A stretch of 64,000 nucleotides of DNA from Octopus vulgaris (lineage: Eukaryota): assembly GCA_951406725.2 (NCBI GenBank), contig OX597817.1, positions 58,838,001 to 58,902,000 on the forward strand, in the 5' to 3' direction. The notes below the pieces were generated by a model that searched no databases, was not told the DNA's origin, and worked only from the letters and a program-made list of their open reading frames with translations. Below, in pieces: positions 51,320 through 63,633 of the stretch. Numbering within the stretch: position 1 is the stretch's first letter; each line of letters starts with the position of its first letter. A program made the position numbers and the translations under genes.

Positions 51320-52075
51320 CTATAGACAAATGCCGGTACATCAAATACCATACAGCGTAAATTCTTGATTTTCTTAAAACTGTCTCCATCTCTACAGGAT
51401 GTATCTTAATTACCAAATGACAATTAGGTCCAGTTTCATTTGAGAAGGGGAGATGATTTCAAGAATCGAGAAGTCTCCAAAGTTGACATGCCATTAAAGA
51501 GAAAGACAGGATTACTGTATGGGGATAAGAGGAATGTCGTAGATGCGTGTTTCTGACTCAGTAACCCTCATCAGCGGGAAACGTCTCCGACCTTATCTCC
51601 AGCAGACAATAAACTTACACTTATACAAAAAAAGAATAGAACACATTCACGGCCTTGATTAATTTTTCATAACTTAAACAAAAATGAGGGAAGAGAAATA
51701 ATTCAGGGTAGCCATTGCCATGCATTTGAATGATTGTTATCGCTGTGATAACGAAAGTAAAGGTCACCTTCCAAAAGATTTGCTTTTATCTACGAGTTAA
51801 ATAGATTCTGTCCTCACTCTGTCCAGCCGACACATTTTCGATGTCCCGCAGTCGTGCTGCCTAACAGGATCTTTAACTGATCACGATTCCATGGATACCG
51901 AAATTTGGAACGAAGAACAGTGTGCATTAAAAGGAAGCCTGCTTTTTTCTGCTACTACGAGAAGGAAAATCTTCTCTGAATACGAGGTAGAAAGAAAGAA
52001 AGAGAGAGAGAGAGGGGGGGAGAAAGAGAGTGGGAGAGAGAAATACAGGTACATACACACACACACATATATATA

Positions 52076-52113
<38 letters not shown>

Positions 52114-52209
52114 CGGGAAGCTTTATGAAAATAAACAAAAGACGAAGGCAGGTGGAATACAAACAAACAATTGTATTAGTATGGCGCTCAGGAATATAAA
52201 TAAAACAAG

Positions 52210-52247
52210 TCGTTTACGTTTCGAGCCTACGCTCTTCAACAGAAAGA
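52210..52247 (-). ncRNA. Minimal hammerhead motif (A6->U) in a Penelope-like remnant spanning 52112-52322
   Basis: Minus strand reads TCTTT-CTGTTGA-A-GAGC-GTAG-GCTC-GAAA-CG-TA-AACGA. The element is bounded by (TA)n and (TACA)n. A truncated sister copy at 40885-40991 (+) reads TAGGCTCGAAACGTAAAAGA, which restores stem I. Confidence 0.6.
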
Positions 52248-52344
52248 TACACAGAAAAGAAACACAGAAAGAAACAAGGAGAGAAAAAATGCGTGCAGAG
52301 GCTAGCGAATCAACATGGCGATATATACATACATACATACATAC

Positions 52345-52375
<31 letters not shown>

Positions 52376-52839
52376 TGTATGTATGTATGTATGTATGTAT
52401 GTATGTATGTATGTATGTATGTATGTATGTCACGCCTATACACAAACACCAATATTTTCTTTGTCGCGCTACGTGATGTACTCGTAGATTCTGATAAGAC
52501 AATCTTCGTATCTTTATGTCGAGATTCACTAAGACGCTCTTCCTTAGACTGCAGAATTGTCTAATACAGGGTGCGTATTCTTCAACAATTACAAGACCGA
52601 AATAAATTCGTTAAAGCTGCAAAATTCCTCTTCCATTTCGACATTCTTTCATGCTATCTTCCAACTGACTGTTAATAATTTTGCCGTTTATTTGCTTTTG
52701 TGAATTAGATTTCATTACTACAATAAAACCATATCCTGTTTGTAATCCAAACTTACGATGCACTTTTACGGCAGTAACAAACCCATTGGAAACAGCTATA
52801 AATTTCAAATTAGTATTATTGTTATTATTATTATTATTA

Positions 52840-53003
52840 TCATGTGATGAAAACTCACAGCTTATTCTGCTGGGTATGATGGAAAAGTGTCAGCTGTCCA
52901 CGGCCAGTAGACTAAGACAAGTGTCACGTTAGTCTGCTGGCTGTGGACAGCTGACACTTTTCCATCATACCAAGCAAAATAAGCTGCGAGTTTTCATCAC
53001 ATG

Positions 53004-53004
<1 letters not shown>
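52840..53004. repeat. Palindrome with 76-bp arms and 13-nt spacer, flanked by (TTA)n and (TAA)n; probably head-to-head R4/Dong-type 3' UTRs
   Basis: Arms 52840-52915 and 52929-53004 differ at 5 positions. Each arm runs 3' into a TAA tract. Confidence 0.85.
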
Positions 53005-53035
<31 letters not shown>

Positions 53036-53143
53036 TCATTGTTTGAGCAATGAAGCTCGAAGTAGATAAAGCTATATATAGATATAATAAGTGGTCTTCG
53101 TTTTTATTATTGTTATTATTATTATTGTTGTTGTTATTATTAT

Positions 53144-53185
<42 letters not shown>

Positions 53186-54035
53186 ATGAAAGTAATTCTT
53201 TTCGTTTGATCATTTCCCTTTTTGGTCTTGTTTACTTTTTAGATTTCCCACTTTGCATTTCTGAATGAATTGAAGCCATCTGTGTCTTCTCGTCTGCTCT
53301 TAATATTCAACGTCTCTTTCCCAGCCAAAGCATCGCCGCATCCATCCGGTATGACCTGTCTCTTTTTTTTTTTTTTTTTTTGTAGACATTGGATTGATTT
53401 GAAGGAGAGTTGTTTACTATTTCTAGCTGATCGAGTGACCACTTGTAGGAGCGTTTCACTCGTTGTTCCAGTTGTTCTTGCTGTCATAGTGAACGTATTC
53501 GTTGAGTCGGCCGAATCGTTTAGTTCTTCACGTTCTGATTTCAAACCCTGCCAAGGTCAGATTTGCTTTTCATCAATCAGAGATCGATAAGAAATAAAAT
53601 GCCAGTCTAGCACTGAAATCGATTTAATCGATCCCCCCCACACACACACACTCGAACTTCTAATTTTGTACTTATGTCAGACATTGTTATTGCGGTTGAT
53701 ATTATTATTATTTAGCACCAGGTCAGACATGATCAAGTAGATTTGTGATCAACGCATTCTAAACCGGACTGTCCTTTCTCTTTAGGGATATCTAGGGACA
53801 CATTACCCTAGATGTCATTTCCTTTTTAAGGCGGTACAGTGTGATTTTTCTATTGGAGATTTGGATGCAATTTCTAGCAAACTGAGTGACCACGTAAGGG
53901 TTCCCTGGTTGCTTCGTTTTTCTTGATGGTATTTTTATTTATAAAATGACGAATATGATTGCTTATATTATAGAAAGCTGTTTGTTAGTTTGGAGTAAAT
54001 GACTTTTACTAAAAGAAAGCAATTTTTAAAATCTA

Positions 54036-54555
54036 CACCGTTCAGAAAATTCTTATAAATTCCAATTTTAATATAGTTTAATCAAAATGTGGTTTTCAAG
54101 TTACTTTTATTATACTGAAGATTTAAACTTCACGATTCAATCACAAAACTAATTTTTATTCACCGCGACAGTTATCTCACACTGCGAGAAAGCGTTTTTT
54201 AACGTCTTTGTTTATACTTTTTCAGGAAATATAAACATTGCCCAGATATTTGAAACTCCCTTTCCACAGATATACCAGCAAAATACATTCATCCAAATTA
54301 TAAGTTTCATCCAGAGTCATCCAAATGATGTTGATTCCAGGATCCTTTCATACTTGTTGGGTGTTGTTGAGGATGATAAACTGAAAACTTTTATGTGACT
54401 CAGTCATAATGCCTGATTTCTTCATAAAGTCTAAAACTGTCATTGAGTGCCTTTGATGCCATTCTAAATGTATTTACTGAGCGAGTAACTTAAAAAAACC
54501 ACATTTTGATTACAATATATTAAAATTGGAATTTATAAGAATTTTCTGAACGGTA
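54036..54555. mobile_element. Non-autonomous Tc1/mariner-type element with ~70-bp TIRs and TA TSD
   Basis: TA|CACCGTTCAGAAAATTCTTATAAATTCCAATTTTAATATA...TATATTAAAATTGGAATTTATAAGAATTTTCTGAACGGTA|TA. Confidence 0.85.
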
Positions 54556-54795
54556 TAGAGAGGTGTGGCTGTAATTAATACGTCTTCTGACATGGAAATT
54601 TATGTTACATATAATGAGCATTAACTAAGATAAATTTCTGAGTCGTAAGAAGAAGTTAGTACTAATATTTCAAGCATAACTAAAGCGGCGCTTTGGCGGA
54701 ATCGTTAGTGCACCGGACAAAATGCTTAGCAGCATTTCACCAGTCTTTGCGTTTTGGGTTCAAATTCTACCGAAGTCGACTTATATTTATTAAGT

Positions 54796-55178
54796 ACTAG
54801 CAGTATCGCCCGGCGTTGCTCAGGTTTGTAAGGGAAATAACTATAAAGCATTTTTAGAGAGTTATAGCCAAAAAATAGCAAAAAAATGGAAAAAAATGAT
54901 GGTAAATTTTTTTTTACTTAAAAAAGGTGGAGTTGCGTCCCCTAGACAGTTTGCGGTTTGTGTTTCTGATTCTCGACCCCATGTCGAATTTATCGATTTT
55001 TTCAGAACTGGGGGAACTTTTCAAAATTTTCGCTGCGTTAGTTTTGAATTATAACATTGGGCTATGTGTGTGTCAAGTTTCATCAGAATCGGTTGAAAGC
55101 CGTGGTCAGGGTGAGGGTACAAGCAAACAGGCACACAGAAACACGCACAGACAAACTGCCGTTTATATAGAGAGAGAT
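54796..55178 (+). mobile_element. Helentron-associated element, different subfamily, inserted in a SINE
   Basis: Same ACTAGCAGTATCGCCCGGCGTTGCTC start and TTTATATAGAGAGAGAT end, with a different interior. Confidence 0.7.
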
Positions 55179-56239
55179 AAGTCCTGATACTTATTAAGGA
55201 AGAATCCTTAATAAGTATCAGTTGAGCACTGAGGTCAATATAATCAACTTGCCATTTGTTTTAGCCATGTACCAACATTTGGAACCAATATTTCAGGCAT
55301 AACTTTTCTTCGAATGAAGAAGAAAGAATTTATTGAGGTTCATCATTTCCAGTTTCTTCGGATATTTGTCATTCGAGCTTTTGTTGTTTTACTATTTAAC
55401 GACATGCAATTATCACCGACTTCCAACGTTTTCCTCTTTTCATTTGCTGTCTTATTTAAACACCATTACCATGACTGTTACTCGCAAGCGGGTATGAATT
55501 TGTTTGCATGAATCATGCCTTCCGCTGACTCTTCCTGGCCCCTATGTAACTGTGAGCAAACACAGGCGGCCTCTTGGTCCCGCCACATTCACACAACGTA
55601 ACATCGAGAATGCAACGTCTAGAGGGATACAAGGTTGCATCAACACTCGGCTCTACTCTTCAGTTTCCGTTGACTAGACTTGAGCAATGTGAAATAGTGC
55701 CTTGCCGAAAGCACAATACAGCCTGGTTCAGGAACCGAACTCACTCCTTTATACCCGTAATCCCAATGCTCAAACCACTGAGCTAACATCTCTCACACAC
55801 TTAAGCACTATCTAAGCATTCTCATTTACAATGTTCATCTTCTGTCGGCGTTTATCCTGTTTTACTACACGACGTAATCTCAGCTATTATATCCTAGATT
55901 TACAAGTCTTTCAATTTCATTCCAAGAATCATGCATTTTATTCTCTTCTTACTTTCTCTTTTCCAGATCTCCACAAATGGTTCTTTCATTGACTTTGATT
56001 CAGTCTTCCTCTCTGAGAAGGAACAAGCCACACAATCCTCCGTCACAGACTCTTAGCCTGTCAGAGTATTGACAGGTTTACGGCATGTTACATCGAGGCT
56101 TAACACAATACAATTCAGGATTTAAAAATCCTTTTGAAGTATTTTTTTTTAAATACAAAAGACAAAAAGACAAAGAAAAAAAAACAACGCATTGAGACAA
56201 ATGTAGGTCACGAGGTTACAATGTTATGAGTCTGCGAGG

Positions 56240-56430
56240 GATGTATTCACGTGGTCGCTCGGTCTGTTAAAAGTAGTGACCAAAACACCTTTAAATCATA
56301 TCCAGGAGTCTCACAAAATAAAGGTGACCAGGTCTAGAACAAACGAAGGATGTCTTCATGTGGTCACTCAGTCTGCTAAAAGTAGCAACCAAATCCCCTT
56401 TAAATCACATCCAGGCGTCTTATAAAATAT
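56240..56430 (+). repeat. Tandem ~110-bp duplication of a dispersed repeat motif
   Basis: Two copies of GTGGTC.CTC.GTCTG.TAAAAGTAG..ACCAAA...CTTTAAATCA.ATCCAGG. A related CTAGAAATAGCA.CCAAATC motif occurs at ~11020, 32325, 53420(-), 53870(-) and 57915. Confidence 0.75.
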
Positions 56431-57423
56431 AGTCAGTGGAAAATCTGATATTGGGTGCACCTGAAAAAAGTCGATATAATAACGATTGGACGTCTTTGGC
56501 CAGTTTAACAATCGGTCAATTTAATCAGGCTTGATATGGGTCAGAACAACAAAACCTGTGGTCAAAAGTAAGGATATCTTCTTGAGATATTATCTTCCCA
56601 CGTGGCATGACGTGGTGGTCAAAGCAACCTGAAATACAACAAAAATTTTTTAATATTTTAAAATATATGGTTGACGCAAAAAAGTGTTGTGAAATTATCA
56701 AACTTTTCAATCCGTTCAAATATGTTTGGGACATATTTGACTTGTAAAAAGGTCGTTTTCACTGCGGTTTGCCATGGAGAACAATTCTCGCTTTATTTAC
56801 ACCTTTTCACGAAGCGAGAACTTATATAGTGTAATCATATTTGTGACAATAGAAATCTACAAAACTGAGATTTAAAGAGTAAGTGGTTGCGCAAAGGATG
56901 CCAGAATGTTTTAGCCTCAGATGGACTATCGTCGAGTAGACACCTATGATTGTTGGCGTTCCATCCGTGACTAGCCAGTATGTTTGCATATTGACGTCTT
57001 CACTGTCCAATGTGTTCTTCGTTACTTTTTCTAAGGCGATAGAAAGGGATTTGATGAGGATTTGGCTCGATGGCTGGTCAGTCGGTCGGTCGGTTGGTTG
57101 GTTGGTTGGGTGGGAAAAGAGAAAGGAGAAACAGATAAAAAATGTAAACAAGGAGGAGAGAGAAAGAGAAAGAGAGAGAGAGAGATAGAAATAGAGAGAG
57201 GGAGAGAGAGAGGAAGCTAGAGAGAGAAATAGAGACAAGAGAGGATTCGGGGCAAGGAGAAAAAAATCAGTTGAATAAGAAAACGTTTACATGAGGTGGA
57301 GTGAGAGGGAGAATATGTACAGAAAGGGAGGGGCAATATCTATGTGTGTGTGTGTGTATGTGTAAGTGTGTGTATGCGTATTTGTGTATATATACATATA
57401 TACATGTGTGTGTATGTAAATAC

Positions 57424-57465
<42 letters not shown>

Positions 57466-58125
57466 ATGTATACATATATATCATCATATTATGTATATAC
57501 ATATGACACGATATGATATATATATATATATGTGCATGTATGTATATATGTATGTATATCTATATTATATATATATATATATATGTGGTGGGGGAAGATA
57601 TTGTAGGTGTGAATTTGAAGGGAGAAAAGAAAGAAAGAAAGAAAGAAATGGTGAGCAAGAAGGAAAAGAGGAAAGAGAGGAAGAAGAGATGAAACGTGAT
57701 GTAGTCAATGTTATTATCTAAATTGATAAGATGAAGTTTGGTTGTCTGTAATCTGATGGTCAATATTGGTTGAAGAATTCCTGAAAAGTGTTTTAAAAGT
57801 TCGTGGTGTGTCAGAAGAGTTCAGAAGGTTCAGCAGAGAATATAACTCGACAGTCACGACACCCTCTTGAACAACAAACAAGAAGATGACCCACGATGAG
57901 GACGTTCAATTAGCTGGAAATAGCAACTGAAAAGTCTCCAAATCATGTTCCAGTAAATGGGGGCATACATACGGACCAGCCGTCAGGAATGCGTTTAATA
58001 TGTAAAATTGGTCAATCCAATAACGATACACTGCTATATTTAGTGGCTACTGAAGCAATATGTTCGTGGGTGGTCAATGGGTTGGATGTGACGCTGAAGG
58101 AGGAGTCTTGAGTCAACAGATTTTG

Positions 58126-58184
58126 GGATCTGACGATACACCGCAAAGCTTAGCGCTTTATGGACCTGAAACCCAGGGCAATCC
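58126..58184 (+). ncRNA. Hammerhead motif, probably inactivated (U16.1->C)
   Basis: GGAT-CTGACGA-[stem II including AAAGC/GCTTT and CC/GG]-GAAA-CCCAGGG-CA-ATCC, about 25 bp upstream of a (TA)n tract. Confidence 0.6.
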
Positions 58185-58204
58185 GATAAACCAAACTTAT
58201 CTAA

Positions 58205-58276
<72 letters not shown>

Positions 58277-58352
58277 CATACATACATACACACACATATA
58301 AATATATATGCATACATGCATACATACATACATACATACATACATACATACA

Positions 58353-58386
<34 letters not shown>

Positions 58387-58597
58387 ATTTGTATATGCAC
58401 ATCTGTGCATGCTTAATTCTAAATTGTTTTATTATAACTTGGCATAAAAACACAATAGGCATTAGTCGGGCAGGGGCTATGGTATAAGACACTTGTCTAA
58501 AGTGTCCTACAGCAGGATTGAACCCGGAACCATGTGGTCGCAAGTGAGCTTCTTAACCACACTGCTATGTCAGCACCTATCCACACACACACACGCA

Positions 58598-58649
<52 letters not shown>

Positions 58650-58891
58650 TAGTCCTGGTTTGACCATGAGGCAAAATAAACACGTGCTTAAGGCATCAAA
58701 GGGAAGGCGGGAGTGCACCAGAGAAGTGGTAAATGGTTTACGGCACTAAAGAAATCATTTAAAACCTGCTCAAATAACATACAAAGTGGTTTATACGATC
58801 GGAAATCTAATTTTGAAGTGTTCATGGTCTCATATTGAGGATCTGATCAACGACTTTGCAACTAAAAGAATGCAAGAATGCAAAGAATGTA

Positions 58892-59057
58892 AGGCGCAGG
58901 AGTGGCTATGTGGTAAGTAGCTTGTTTACCAACCACATGGTTCCGGGTTCAGTCCCACTGCGTGGCACCTTGGGCAAGAGTCTTCTACTATAGCCTCGGG
59001 CCGACCAAAGCCTTGTGAGTGGATTTGGTAGACGGAAACTGAAAGAAGCCCGTCGTA

Positions 59058-59095
<38 letters not shown>

Positions 59096-59330
59096 TGTGT
59101 GTGTGTTTGTGTGTCTGTGTTTGTCCCTCTAGCATTGCTTGACAACCGATGCTGGTGTGTTTATGTCCCCGTTACTTAGCGGTTCGGCAAAAGAGACCGA
59201 TAGAATAAGTACTGGGCTTACAAAAGAATAAGTCCCGGGGTCGAGTTGCTCGATTAAAGGCGGTGCTCCAGCATGGCCGCAGTTAAATGACTGAAACAAG
59301 TAAAAGAGTAAAAGAGTAAAGAGAGTAAGA
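58892..59330 (+). mobile_element. tRNA-derived SINE family 1, full length (representative of ~20 copies)
   Basis: A-box TGGCTATGTGGT, B-box GGTTCAGTCCC, internal TA/TG microsatellite, and (AAGAGTA)n tail. Other copies lie at ~3230-3770, 3815-4203(-), 4360-4710, 8715-9080(-), 10065-10435(-), 13054-13425, 13570-13945, 14465-14770, 18496-19245, 20050-20590, 31200-31825(-), 33971-34310, 42430-42830(-), 44240-44750, 48678-48985, 49136-49542 and 59858-60210. Confidence 0.9.
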
Positions 59331-59560
59331 GAAAACTTTTCAGGTATAAATAAAATGCAAAAATAGACATTATTTTACATCTTACTGTATGGTTTATCAT
59401 TGTTTATATTTTCAATTACATATATACGGCTGTACCAAAATCTTTTAAGTGCATATGACCTCGATGGGTCTTAATCCGGCCCTGCACATATAAATATAAT
59501 TTAACCACATATGGTCTGTATTCAAATTCTATAGTTGTAGCCATGTCTTACCAAATCTAA

Positions 59561-59613
59561 ACAATCTGATGATTTATGGAGGATCTTCGCTAATATATAA
59601 ACAGCCTGATTGT
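59561..59613 (+). ncRNA. Degenerate hammerhead motif
   Basis: ACAAT-CTGATGA-...-(T)AAA-CAGCCTG-ATTGT: perfect stem I and left core, but GAAA and the cleavage triplet are mutated. Confidence 0.35.
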
Positions 59614-59797
59614 GAAAGAACACGTATGGTTCAAACTACATGGCGAGGTTTATGAGTCACTTGGTGAGTTTAGGATTGTTTCAATATCGGTGTTGTTTTA
59701 AAGCAAGACAAGATGGTCGCCTGTGACTAAACACTTAGTATTGAATAGGAAATAATATTAAATATGTACATTCAATATATTTTCTTTGTTTATTATT

Positions 59798-59860
<63 letters not shown>

Positions 59861-60246
59861 CGCAGGCGTGGCTGTGTGGTAAGTAGCTTGTTTACCAACC
59901 ACATGGTTCCGGTTCAGTCCCACTGTGTGGCACCTTGGGCAAGTGTTTTCTACTATAGCCTCGGGCCGACCAAAGCCTTGTGAGTGGATTTGGTAGACGG
60001 AAACTGAAAGAAGCCCGTCGGATATATGTATATATATGTATGCGTGTGTGTGTTTGTGTGTCTGTGTTTGTCCCCGATGCAAAAGAGACCGATAGAATAA
60101 GTACTGGGCTTACAAAAGAATAAGTCCCGGGGTCGAGTTGCTCGATTAAAGGCGGTGCTCCAGCATGGCCGCAGTCAAATGACTGAAACAAATAAAAGAG
60201 TAAAAGAGTATATATATTTATACATACATACATATATATGTGTGGG

Positions 60247-60333
<87 letters not shown>

Positions 60334-60406
60334 TATGTATGTATTAAATAAAATAACAAGGCCAAGGCAATGTGATATTGCTAGGACATTTATAAATAGA
60401 AATGTG

Positions 60407-60454
60407 GTCTTACAGCTGTTTCAGGGAAATAAATGGTATTCCATCGTCAGAGAC
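60407..60454 (-). ncRNA. Minimal type I hammerhead ribozyme motif
   Basis: Minus strand reads GTCT-CTGACGA-TGGAATACCATTTATTTCCCT-GAAA-CAGCTG-TA-AGAC: stem I GTCT/AGAC, intact core, imperfect stem II (GGAA/TTCC) and palindromic stem III. It lies in a ~250-bp element between microsatellite tracts. Confidence 0.75.
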
Positions 60455-60604
60455 GAGTTTAGAGAGCTTCAATAGAAGGAATTTGTAGAGTTCATTTTTT
60501 TAGAAGTTATTCTGGAGAGGGAGAGAAAGGCAAGAAATTAGATATTATGCAGAAAGTAGAAAAGGGAAAAACGAAAATAAAAATACGTGTTGCAATATTA
60601 TATT

Positions 60605-60872
60605 CATACATATATACATACACACATACATACATGCATGCATGCATACATACATACATACATACATACATACATTACATACATACATACATACATACAT
60701 TACATACATACATACATACACACATACATACATACATGCATACATACATACATACATACACACATACATATATACGTACAGACATACATATACACATACG
60801 TACATACATACATACATGCATACATACATACATACATGCATGCATACATACGTTCGTACATACATACATACA

Positions 60873-60904
<32 letters not shown>

Positions 60905-61135
60905 CACATACGTACATACATACATACATGCATGCATACATACATACATACATACATACATACATACATACATACATACATACATACATACATACATACA
61001 TACATACACTCAATATTGTAATATGTTTCAGTGTTTTATGAGCATCTGGTATTAAGTTAAAAATTACTTGTATTGTGTGTATGTGTGTGTGTGTGTTTGT
61101 GTGTGTGTATGTGTGTGTGTGTGTTTGTGTGTGTG

Positions 61136-61171
<36 letters not shown>

Positions 61172-61210
61172 CGTGCATGTTTGTGTGTGTGTATGTGTGT
61201 GTGTGTGTCG
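60605..61210. repeat. (TACA)n and (TG)n microsatellites
   Basis: Seen directly in the sequence. Confidence 0.99.
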
Positions 61211-61798
61211 CTTAAATGAAATATATATTTCGATTGTAATTCTTCCTAAACGAAATACGAGGAACATAAAACAGATATTCAGGTCGTCTGACAGTGGGGG
61301 CTTTAATTCTGCACCGTTAAACTAAGTCTTCGCAACTCGTCTCTCCTTCCAAACGTCTCATACCGTACAAGCGCCATGAAAATCGATATTTCCTCTCTGA
61401 CTGTTTTAAACAAAAATAATAATTCCCGAGTTTTTCGCTGCGTTTTATTACGTTAACTAATTCCTAAATATTGTTTCGTCCATATAATACATAATTTTAG
61501 TTTGTTGACAGTCATTACGCGGTTTTCCATAACTCATTTTTTAATCTATGATGGTGATGGTTTTTTTTTTGCTTTTTTTTTTTTTGGCAGAGGACTATGT
61601 GAAGAACTATTTCTTACAAGAAGCGTGTCTTCGAAGCGAAATGTATTTCCCTTGAGACTTCAATTCCTGTCTTCACCTCCAACGTATTATGTAGGCCTAA
61701 AATATATTTTATGGTGTACTTGCGACTTCCGTCGTCTAGTTTTCTCGTCAATTAAAAGTTTTCTTCGACCACAACAACACCCCCACCTTCTCTCTCTC

Positions 61799-61853
<55 letters not shown>

Positions 61854-61947
61854 TCAACACAACTTCCTGTCTCTCTCATCTTCTTCCAAAACTTTTCCGC
61901 ATACATAACACTATAATATCGTCATAATCTACATATAGACACTAATA

Positions 61948-61996
<49 letters not shown>

Positions 61997-62570
61997 GCAC
62001 ACACGCACAGACACACACGCACACGCACGCACACACACACGCGCGCGCGCACACTCACACGCACACACACACGCACTCACACACTCTCACACACACACGC
62101 TCACACACTCACACACGCACATACGCATACACACACACACACGCACACATACACACACACACGCACTCACACACACACACACACTCACACACACACACAC
62201 GCACTCACACACACACGCGCGCACACACACACGCACACATACACGCGCGCACACACACACACACGTCTGGTCCCTCGAAGTCTTATCAGGTTAATTCGAT
62301 GCAATTGCCATATTTGTTATCCGCGTAACTTCCGGGATTTGCCACGTCATTCAGAAGCGGAGAGCATTGCAAGGAATTGTCGTAGAGAATTTCAAATAAG
62401 ATAATCAACCAACGTGTACTACATACATTCTATATCTCCCTCTCCCTTTCTTCTCCTTTCATTCTTTCTCTATTACTTTCTTTCTCTCTTTCCTTCCTTC
62501 TTTCCTTCTTTCCCTCTTACTTTATTTCTTTCTCCGCACGACACACACACACACACATTGTCGTATGTAT

Positions 62571-62607
<37 letters not shown>

Positions 62608-62752
62608 TCAGTCATTAGATTGTGGCCATGCTGGGGTACCACATTGAAGAGTTTTTTTTGTTTTTTGTTGATGGAATGGATTTAAGCCTGGTATTTATTC
62701 AATTGGTCTGTATTGTCGAACCTCTAAGTTACTGGGAAGTAAACGCATCAAC

Positions 62753-62826
<74 letters not shown>

Positions 62827-62828
62827 CA

Positions 62829-62888
<60 letters not shown>

Positions 62889-62984
62889 CTCTCTATCTAT
62901 CTATCTACCTATCTATCTATTTATCTCTCTCTCTCTCTCCCTCTATCTATCTGTCTATCTATCTATATGGATGACTAGATAAAT

Positions 62985-63017
<33 letters not shown>

Positions 63018-63436
63018 AACAGAGATAGGGACAGACAAACAGAGAAAGAGACAGCCAGACAGACACAGACAAACAGACAGACGGACGGACGGACGAATGA
63101 ATAAAAAATGTATGTAGATATGAGTGAAAAGTTAAGAAGACCGTGAGGTGGTGAGTTCAATGCCATTGCTTGCTAAGTTGATTGTCTTTACCTTAGCTCC
63201 ATGTCAACAACCGAAACCTTGTGAGTGAAAAGGCGTAGGAGAGATTGAAGGAGCGAATCGGACGGAAATGTTGTCGTCATTCAGAAAATACAGCCTTGCC
63301 ACATTGCGTTAGACTAAGTGTTCATAACTGAGGAGCACTCAGCCACTTGGCATGTTAATTCAATGAGGAGGGTCGTTCAGTTGTTCGAGCAGTGGTCGCT
63401 CAAGTGTCGAAGTCGACCGAAGAGTTCACCATTAGT

Positions 63437-63565
63437 ATCATCATCATCATCATCATCATCATCATAGTCATCACCATCATCATCATCATCATCACCATAA
63501 ACATAATCATCATCATCATCACAACCATCACCATCATCATCATCATCATCATCATCATTATCATT

Positions 63566-63611
<46 letters not shown>

Positions 63612-63633
63612 GCATCATCATCATCATCATCAT
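63437..63633. repeat. (CAT)n microsatellite
   Basis: Seen directly in the sequence. Confidence 0.99.

Noticed and set aside
51535-51592. CTGATGA...GAAACACGCATC on the minus strand as a hammerhead
   Set aside because: Stems I and II do not pair adjacent to the core and no (TA)n is nearby; at best it is a heavily decayed relic.
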